A DNA stretch of 32,000 nt from Parasynechococcus marenigrum WH 8102 (GTDB lineage Bacteria > Cyanobacteriota > Cyanobacteriia > PCC-6307 > Cyanobiaceae): NCBI RefSeq assembly GCF_000195975.1, contig NC_005070.1, forward strand, positions 2,010,001 through 2,042,000, given 5' to 3'. Shown here piece by piece: positions 26,344 through 32,000 of this stretch (positions are counted from its first letter, which is position 1; the number at the start of each line of letters is the position of its first letter). Both the position numbers and the translations under genes were made by a program. Below the pieces are notes generated by a model. The model ran no database searches. It was not told the DNA's origin and saw nothing but the letters and a program-made list of their open reading frames with translations.

Positions 26344-28998
26344 TTAGCACTCAGCCAACTGCAACTCGTCTCGACGCAGATTGTGCAGATGCAGCGGCGC
26401 ACCAAGCTGAGCCTCAAGCCAATGCTGGATTTGAGACGGCCGGATGCTGCGGCCCATCGAATCCACAGTGGCCTCGAGCCGCAACCGCACCCGCTGGCCA
26501 TCCGCAGGGCCGACCAGCACCAACTGGCGCAGGGCTGGTCGGCAGTCCCGCTCCCGGGGGCGACCCTTTTTGTCCGTGTCGTGCCAGATCAATTGCTCAG
26601 CAGCCATGAGGCCCTCAACGGCAACCAACCAGCGGGGATGGGCCTCCTGCTCCAGCTGAAGGTCGAAACTCCAAACGGCACAGGTGATGTTCTGAGAGAG
26701 GCTCTTGCCATTCACCGGCACCTCGTCCGCTGAAAGCAAAGCCATGCCGTCGGGCAGAAGCGCCTGCAGTGTCTTCAGCAACTGCTCACCCGCAATGGGG
26801 CTGGTGAACTCCAGATCCATCCACTCGCCATCTGCTTCCGCACCCAGCGGCAGCGCCAGGGCGATCTGAATCCGCGGCAACGGATGAAATCCACCGGTGA
26901 AGCTGATCGGCAGGGCACTGCGGCGCAGGGCCCGCTCCAGCATCCGCATCAAGTCGAGATGACTGAGCAGAGCCATAGACCCTGTCTTGGCAAAACGGAT
27001 CCGCAACCGGCAGACCCGCTCACTGGCGGGCGCCTGGCTTGGCAACTGCGTTGGCACCACAGGAGGTGGCACCACCACGTTGTGGCCAAGGTCCGGCCCA
27101 CAAACGCCACAGCTACTGCAACCGTCAAAGGAGCAGTCCGGCACCACCGCCGCCGCCAGAGCCCGCTTCAGATCCTCCGCCAACCAACCTTTGTCGATGC
27201 CGGTGTCGATGTGATCCCAGGGCAACGGTTGAGCGCAGAAGCTGTCGAGGTCTTGCCGATCCAGGGCCGTCACCGCACTCCAACCACCCACCTCCATCTG
27301 GCGATAACGCCCCTCAAGGCCTGCTGCAGCGATGGCACCGGTCCAGGCGGCATAGGTGCGATCGAGGGATTCAAACCAGGCATCCATCCCCGCACCCGCA
27401 CGCCAGGCGGCCTCGATTACCGAGGCCACGCGTCGATCGCTGCGACCCACAAAATCCTCCATCGCCGACAGCCGCGCGTCGGTGAAATTCACCTTCAACC
27501 CGCGCAAGCGTTGAAAGGACCCACGCAGTAAGTCCTGACGCCTCAGGAATTCGTCCGTCGACACGCTGTGCCACTGAAACGGCGTATGGGGCTTGGGCGT
27601 GAAATTGCTGATGGTGATGTTGAGGTTCAGCCGGCCCAGATCACGGCAGCGCTGCTGAAGCATCACGCAGGTGTCGGCGATGCCGAGAACGTCGGCATCC
27701 GTCTCACCCGGCAGGCCGATCATGAAATACAGCTTCACCTTGCGGTAGCCGTTCTCCATGGCGGTGCGGATGCCATGGAGCAGATCGTCGTCGGTCAGAC
27801 CCTTGTTAACGATGTCGCGCAGGCGCTGTGTGCCGGCTTCAGGCGCGAAGGTGAGTCCGGCCTGGCGGGTTCCACCAAGGATGTGTGCGATGTCGTCGTC
27901 AAACCGGTCCACCCGCTGACTGGGCAGCTGCAAGGTCACGTTCTGATCCGCCAGACGGTTGCGCAGCTCCACCCCCACCGCCGGCAGAGCCAGGTAATCG
28001 CTGCAACTGAGCGACAGCAGCGAGAAGTCGCTGTAGCCCGTCTGTTTCATGCCGTTCTCCACGGCTTCGATCACCGCTTCAGGCTCCACATCCCGTGCCG
28101 GTCTGGTGAGCATCCCGGGCTGACAGAAGCGGCAGCCGCGGGTGCAACCGCGACGAATCTCCACAGTGAGCCGATCGTGCACCGTCTCCACATGCGGCAC
28201 CAGGCCCATGGCGTAGTGGGGCATCGGGGTCGCCACCCGACGCAGCACCCGCCGGGGGAGGTCCGAATACAGCGGCTGCAATGTGACGCCGTCGTCGCCC
28301 GTCGCGTAGAGCGACGGCACGTAAACCCCGGGCACCTGAGCCAGATCCCGCAACAGTTGAGACCGGGTCAGGGCATCGGCCTTGGCCTGAGCCACTACCA
28401 GCCCGATCTCGGGCAGCAGTTCCTCACCATCCCCCAAGGCGATGAAATCGAAGAACGGGGCATAGGGCTCTGGATTGCTCGTGGCCGTGGGGCCTCCGGC
28501 AAAGATCAAGGGAGGTGCCGCTGGATCATTGAGAGGCAGATCACCACGATCCGACGCCCGTAACGGCACCCGGCACAGATCCAGCATCTCCAGGATGTTG
28601 GTGGCGCCCAGTTCGTAACTCAGGCTGAAGCCGAGGATGTCAAACGCAGGCAACGGTCTCCGGCTTTCAACGCCGAAGAGGGCCTGCTCCTGCTCCCGCA
28701 GACGAGCCGCCAGATCAGCCGCCGGCAGATAAGCCCGATCACAGAGCTGACCGGGAACCGCATTAAGGATGGAATAGAGAATGATGTGGCCCAGGTTGCT
28801 GGAGCCCACCTCGTAGATCTCGGGATAGGTGAGCGCCCAACGCACCTGAGCCGCCTGCCAATCCCGCGGCTCCACACCAAGCTCATGGCCCATGTAGCGG
28901 GCAGGTTTGTTGATGCTGCTGTCGACCAGCTGGTGAAAATCAACCGGGTGATCCGGGGCAGACACGACCACGACGGATGTCCTCACACCTGACTGCAT
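26344..28998 (-). CDS. B12-binding-domain-type radical SAM protein fused to a DUF2344 (radical SAM-linked) domain; function unknown
   Basis: 884 aa. The radical SAM motif is [15 protein letters not shown] Cys-rich linker reads [17 protein letters not shown]. The C-terminal ~230 aa carry the DUF2344-type signature [56 protein letters not shown]. Confidence 0.85.
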   Translation of the reverse strand: MQSGVRTSVVVVSAPDHPVDFHQLVDSSINKPARYMGHELGVEPRDWQAAQVRWALTYPEIYEVGSSNLGHIILYSILNAVPGQLCDRAYLPAADLAARLREQEQALFGVESRRPLPAFDILGFSLSYELGATNILEMLDLCRVPLRASDRGDLPLNDPAAPPLIFAGGPTATSNPEPYAPFFDFIALGDGEELLPEIGLVVAQAKADALTRSQLLRDLAQVPGVYVPSLYATGDDGVTLQPLYSDLPRRVLRRVATPMPHYAMGLVPHVETVHDRLTVEIRRGCTRGCRFCQPGMLTRPARDVEPEAVIEAVENGMKQTGYSDFSLLSLSCSDYLALPAVGVELRNRLADQNVTLQLPSQRVDRFDDDIAHILGGTRQAGLTFAPEAGTQRLRDIVNKGLTDDDLLHGIRTAMENGYRKVKLYFMIGLPGETDADVLGIADTCVMLQQRCRDLGRLNLNITISNFTPKPHTPFQWHSVSTDEFLRRQDLLRGSFQRLRGLKVNFTDARLSAMEDFVGRSDRRVASVIEAAWRAGAGMDAWFESLDRTYAAWTGAIAAAGLEGRYRQMEVGGWSAVTALDRQDLDSFCAQPLPWDHIDTGIDKGWLAEDLKRALAAAVVPDCSFDGCSSCGVCGPDLGHNVVVPPPVVPTQLPSQAPASERVCRLRIRFAKTGSMALLSHLDLMRMLERALRRSALPISFTGGFHPLPRIQIALALPLGAEADGEWMDLEFTSPIAGEQLLKTLQALLPDGMALLSADEVPVNGKSLSQNITCAVWSFDLQLEQEAHPRWLVAVEGLMAAEQLIWHDTDKKGRPRERDCRPALRQLVLVGPADGQRVRLRLEATVDSMGRSIRPSQIQHWLEAQLGAPLHLHNLRRDELQLAEC

Positions 28999-29051
28999 CG
29001 TATGGAGCGGTCGACAGGGCAGGATGCCCCCGCAGAAACCCCTTCGGTTCC

Positions 29052-30278
29052 GTGGTGCAGGTCAACGGCAATTACCTCAAGCTCAAAGCGGGCTACCTGT
29101 TCCCGGAAATCGGCCGTCGGGTCAAAGCCTTCAGCGCCGCCAACCCTGACGCCGCACTGATCCGGCTGGGCATCGGCGATGTGACCGAACCGCTGCCGCT
29201 GGCCTGCCGCGAAGCGATGAAAACCGCCATCGATGCGATGGGCACGGCCGAAGGATTCCACGGTTATGGCCCCGAACAGGGCTACGGCTGGCTGCGGGAG
29301 GCCATTGCCAAGCACGACTTCCAGGCCCGCGGCTGCGACATCAGCGCCGAAGAGATCTTCGTCTCCGACGGCTCCAAATGCGACAGCAGCAACATCCTCG
29401 ACATCCTCGGCGAAGGCAACCGCATCGCTGTAACCGATCCGGTGTATCCCGTGTATGTGGACACCAACGTGATGGCGGGCCGCACCGGTGAAGCGGGAGA
29501 GGAAGGCCGCTACGGGGGGCTGACCTATCTCCCGATCAGCGCCGACAACGGATTCGCCGCCCAGATCCCCAGCGAGCCCGTGGATCTGATTTACCTCTGC
29601 TTCCCCAACAACCCCACCGGAGCAGTGGCCACCAAGGGACAGCTGAAAGCCTGGGTGGATTACGCCCGCAGCAACGGCTCTCTGATCCTGTTTGATGCCG
29701 CTTACGAGGCGTTCATCCAGGACCCGAGCCTGCCCCACTCGATCTTTGAAATCGAAGGAGCACGGGAGTGCGCGATCGAATTCCGCTCCTTTTCTAAAAA
29801 CGCTGGCTTCACCGGCACCCGTTGCGCCTTCACCGTGGTCCCCAAGGGACTCAAGGGCACTGCATCCAACGGCGAGGCTGTCGAACTTTGGGGTCTGTGG
29901 AATCGCCGCCAGAGCACCAAGTTCAATGGCGTCAGCTACATCATCCAGCGCGGTGCGGAAGCGGTGTATTCCGATGCGGGCCAGGCGGAAGTGAAGGGTC
30001 TGGTGAACTTCTACATGGAGAACGCCGCCATCATTCGCCGCGAACTCAGTGGAGCGGGTCTCACCATTTACGGGGGCGAGCATGCGCCTTATGTCTGGAT
30101 CAAGACCCCCGAAGGCATGGATTCCTGGGGTTTCTTTGACCACCTGTTGAACAAGGCCAACGTGGTAGGAACCCCTGGCAGTGGCTTCGGCGCCTCAGGT
30201 GAGGGCTACTTCCGACTGTCCGCCTTCAACAGCCGCGCCAACGTGGATGCTGCTATGGCCCGAATCAAGGCCCTCTGA
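29052..30278 (+). CDS. dapL: LL-diaminopimelate aminotransferase
   Basis: Matches include [51 protein letters not shown] and [13 protein letters not shown] (PLP lysine). GTG 29052 gives the usual family N-terminus (M-VQVN...) and a 408-aa product. The track ORF start at 28977 would overlap the divergent radical SAM gene. Confidence 0.95.
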   Translation: MVQVNGNYLKLKAGYLFPEIGRRVKAFSAANPDAALIRLGIGDVTEPLPLACREAMKTAIDAMGTAEGFHGYGPEQGYGWLREAIAKHDFQARGCDISAEEIFVSDGSKCDSSNILDILGEGNRIAVTDPVYPVYVDTNVMAGRTGEAGEEGRYGGLTYLPISADNGFAAQIPSEPVDLIYLCFPNNPTGAVATKGQLKAWVDYARSNGSLILFDAAYEAFIQDPSLPHSIFEIEGARECAIEFRSFSKNAGFTGTRCAFTVVPKGLKGTASNGEAVELWGLWNRRQSTKFNGVSYIIQRGAEAVYSDAGQAEVKGLVNFYMENAAIIRRELSGAGLTIYGGEHAPYVWIKTPEGMDSWGFFDHLLNKANVVGTPGSGFGASGEGYFRLSAFNSRANVDAAMARIKAL

Positions 30279-30324
30279 GCAAGTCGTGCAACGATTTCCT
30301 TTAGATTTGAATCTGCCGAACACC

Positions 30325-30645
30325 ATGGCCATGGCGGTGGACACACCCACCCGTTCCCCCGGTGGAGCGGCGGTTATGGAAAAGGCACCCGAGCGGGTGC
30401 GTAAACAGTCGCCTCGCTACAAGGTGCTGCTGCATAACGACCCTGTGAACACCATGGAATATGTGGTGACCACCTTGCGTCAGGTGGTGCCACAGCTGAG
30501 TGAACAGGACGCCATGGCCGTGATGATCGAAGCTCACAACACGGGTGTCGGCCTTGTGATCGTGTGTGACCTTGAGCCGGCAGAGTTCTATTGCGAAACC
30601 CTGAAAGCCAAGGGGCTCACCAGCACCATCGAGCCGGAAACCTGA
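30325..30645 (+). CDS. clpS: ATP-dependent Clp protease adaptor ClpS
   Basis: The ClpS core is RYKVLLHNDPVNTMEYVVTTLRQVVPQLSEQDAMAVMIEAHNTGVGLVIVCDLEPAEFYCETL. ATG 30325 is the first ATG after the dapL stop; GTG 30286 is an alternative. The track start at 30181 lies inside dapL. Confidence 0.9.
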   Translation: MAMAVDTPTRSPGGAAVMEKAPERVRKQSPRYKVLLHNDPVNTMEYVVTTLRQVVPQLSEQDAMAVMIEAHNTGVGLVIVCDLEPAEFYCETLKAKGLTSTIEPET

Positions 30646-30662
30646 TCAGATCCCTGCTCAGG

Positions 30663-31526
30663 TTGCGGGATCAGTGCATTCAACGGAAGCCGTCATGGCT
30701 TCCTGCGCTGCTGCTGATTCCAACGTTGTATGCAGTCGGCTGGCTTCTGACATGGCCGCTGATTCCCCTTGGGGTGCCCGCGGAACGCCAGGCCCTGATC
30801 GGCACCCTGATCAGCTTTTTGCTGTTGGTTGGCCTGCTTCCCTGCTGGGCGCGGCTGCGATGGACATCGTCCAACGGCTGGGCAACCCTTGGACTGAGCA
30901 GACGTGGTTGCCCGGATCGAAAGGCCCTGATTGCGGCACTGTTCGGCGGCTTGTCCTTGGCCCTGATCCTGCTGGGCATCGTCTTGCTGCCGATCCTTCT
31001 GGGCAGCTGGGGCCACTGGATTGGAGAGTGCACCCTGGACCGCGTCATCAATGCTCTGCTGCTGATCCTGGGTGTGGGGTTGGCGGAAGAACTGATCTTC
31101 CGGGCCTGGCTGTGGCGGGAACTCAACGAACTGATCAGTCCCCCAGCAGCCCTGCTAATCCAGGCGCTGGTGTTCAGCCTGGTACACACCCGGTTCAACC
31201 TTGGCGTGGGGCCGATGCTGGGACTGTTGATCGGCTTGTTTTTGCTGGGGATGGCTCTGGCCCTGCAACGCCGGCTGGATGGCGGATCCCTCTGGGGATG
31301 CGTTGGCCTCCATGGAGGCTTGGTTGGTGGCTGGTTTCTGATTCAGAGCGGTCTGATGCAGCTGTCACCGGACGCCCCAGCCTGGTTGGTGGGCCCGGGT
31401 GGACTATCCCCGAATCCCCTTGGAGGACTGATGGGCATCGGCGGTCTATTGCTGCTGCTTGGTGTTCAACTCACCGCTGTCGCCAGAGCAGCACGGCCGG
31501 AGACGGGGGCACGCAACGCATCCTGA
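30663..31526 (+). CDS. CPBP family (CAAX/Abi-type) intramembrane glutamic endopeptidase
   Basis: Polytopic membrane protein with the family motifs EELIFRAWLWREL and FSLVH. The start is uncertain: TTG 30663 follows the clpS stop, whereas TTG 30591 would overlap clpS by 55 nt. Confidence 0.82.
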   Translation: MRDQCIQRKPSWLPALLLIPTLYAVGWLLTWPLIPLGVPAERQALIGTLISFLLLVGLLPCWARLRWTSSNGWATLGLSRRGCPDRKALIAALFGGLSLALILLGIVLLPILLGSWGHWIGECTLDRVINALLLILGVGLAEELIFRAWLWRELNELISPPAALLIQALVFSLVHTRFNLGVGPMLGLLIGLFLLGMALALQRRLDGGSLWGCVGLHGGLVGGWFLIQSGLMQLSPDAPAWLVGPGGLSPNPLGGLMGIGGLLLLLGVQLTAVARAARPETGARNAS

Positions 31527-32000
31527 AGCGGTGCTGAGCCGTAATCACGCTCGAGCAGGGACATGACCGTACGGCCGAAATCCGCCGGATTTTGGTCAAA
31601 GGCCTCGAGGCAGACCCGTCCAAAGGTGCTGCCCATCGGTTCCGGATTCCAGAGCAGCTTTCGAGCCGTCCACGGCATCATGCTCATTGGGTTGTATCCG
31701 GGCTTGATCAAGCCTTGATCAAAGCCGTATTGCTCCAGATGGGTATGGGGCTGCAGGCCGATGAAGAAAATTGCCGGCTCCACGCGATCCGATCCGAAAA
31801 TCGATTCCAGCTCACGGTGGTAGGCCACGGTCTGGCGGATGGTTTCGGGCCGTTCATCGATCACGTTGAACGAGTAGTTCACCGACACGTGATCCTGGAA
31901 GCCGGCATCCGCGAGCATCCGGCAACTGTCGAGCACAGTGCGGAGGTTGTAACCCATGCGCATTTTGCGAACGAGTTCCTGGGAGCCGGACGTGATGCCG
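31466..32000 (-). CDS. Radical SAM family protein, C-terminal part (the 5' end lies outside the window)
   Basis: The frame stays open to the right edge. The reverse complement of the last bases reads ...GITSGSQELVRKMRMGYNLRTVLDSCRMLADAGF..., which is the G-I/V-x-SGSQ-x-L/V-L motif region of radical SAM TIM barrels. A ~150-aa C-terminal extension follows. The subfamily was not determined. Confidence 0.7.
   Translation of the reverse strand, partial: GITSGSQELVRKMRMGYNLRTVLDSCRMLADAGFQDHVSVNYSFNVIDERPETIRQTVAYHRELESIFGSDRVEPAIFFIGLQPHTHLEQYGFDQGLIKPGYNPMSMMPWTARKLLWNPEPMGSTFGRVCLEAFDQNPADFGRTVMSLLERDYGSAPLQDALRAPVSGRAALATAVS

Noticed and set aside
27568-28563. 331-aa plus-strand ORF
   Set aside because: It is antisense to the radical SAM core region. 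The His/Arg/Gly/Ala-rich translation is typical of antisense high-GC frames.
28983-30143. 386-aa minus-strand ORF
   Set aside because: It is antisense to dapL, whose identity is certain from its motifs. The translation has no recognisable features.
30674-31537. 287-aa plus-strand ORF in an alternative frame to the CPBP protease
   Set aside because: It is on the same strand in a different frame. The CPBP frame shows the EExxxR and FxxxH family motifs and regular TM helices, whereas this frame is Ala/Gly/Arg/Pro-rich filler.
1-32000. Scan for CRISPR arrays, IS/transposase or integrase genes, toxin-antitoxin or restriction-type defence genes, Yfr1-like (ACTCCTCACAC) and glutamine-riboswitch-like motifs
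   Set aside because: I saw no regularly spaced direct repeats, no transposase or integrase-like translations in any frame of the ORF track, and no match to the small-RNA or riboswitch cores I could recall. This was a visual scan only, so short or degenerate elements could have been missed.

Overview
The window looks like a high-GC chromosomal segment from a marine picocyanobacterium (Synechococcus-like). This is inferred from gene content and from protein sequences I recognise directly. It is almost entirely densely packed core genes. Left to right: the 5' part of psaA (minus strand, runs off the left edge); a divergent secreted protein of unknown function; a cobalamin/cobalt module (cbiG-cobJ fusion, a cobalamin riboswitch, a hupE-type metal permease and an SLH/OprB porin starting 8 nt later); a roughly 0.9 kb low-GC islet at the 3' end of tRNA-Pro(CGG) carrying two orphan ORFs; lipA; a YciI-like gene; ferredoxin-dependent glutamate synthase (1533 aa); a phosphodiester-glycosidase-family protein; an IscA/HesB-like protein; the cyanobacterial str operon rpsL-rpsG-fusA-tuf-rpsJ; a LON-N-domain protein translationally coupled to a tocopherol/plastoquinone-type methyltransferase; pheA; a DUF1997-like protein; a co-directional block of radical-SAM/DUF2344 fusion, rne and rnhB; dapL; clpS; a CPBP intramembrane protease; and the 3' part of another radical SAM gene that runs off the right edge. 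I found no CRISPR array, IS element, integrase or recognisable defence genes. The most interesting items are (i) the riboswitch-hupE-porin arrangement, which suggests a two-membrane cobalt uptake route, (ii) the uncharacterised radical-SAM/DUF2344 fusion linked to RNase E and RNase HII, with rnhB overlapping the Arg-rich C-terminal coding region of rne, and (iii) the tRNA-Pro-associated low-GC islet with a degenerate tRNA-end repeat. All product calls rest on reading the translations. No database search was run.
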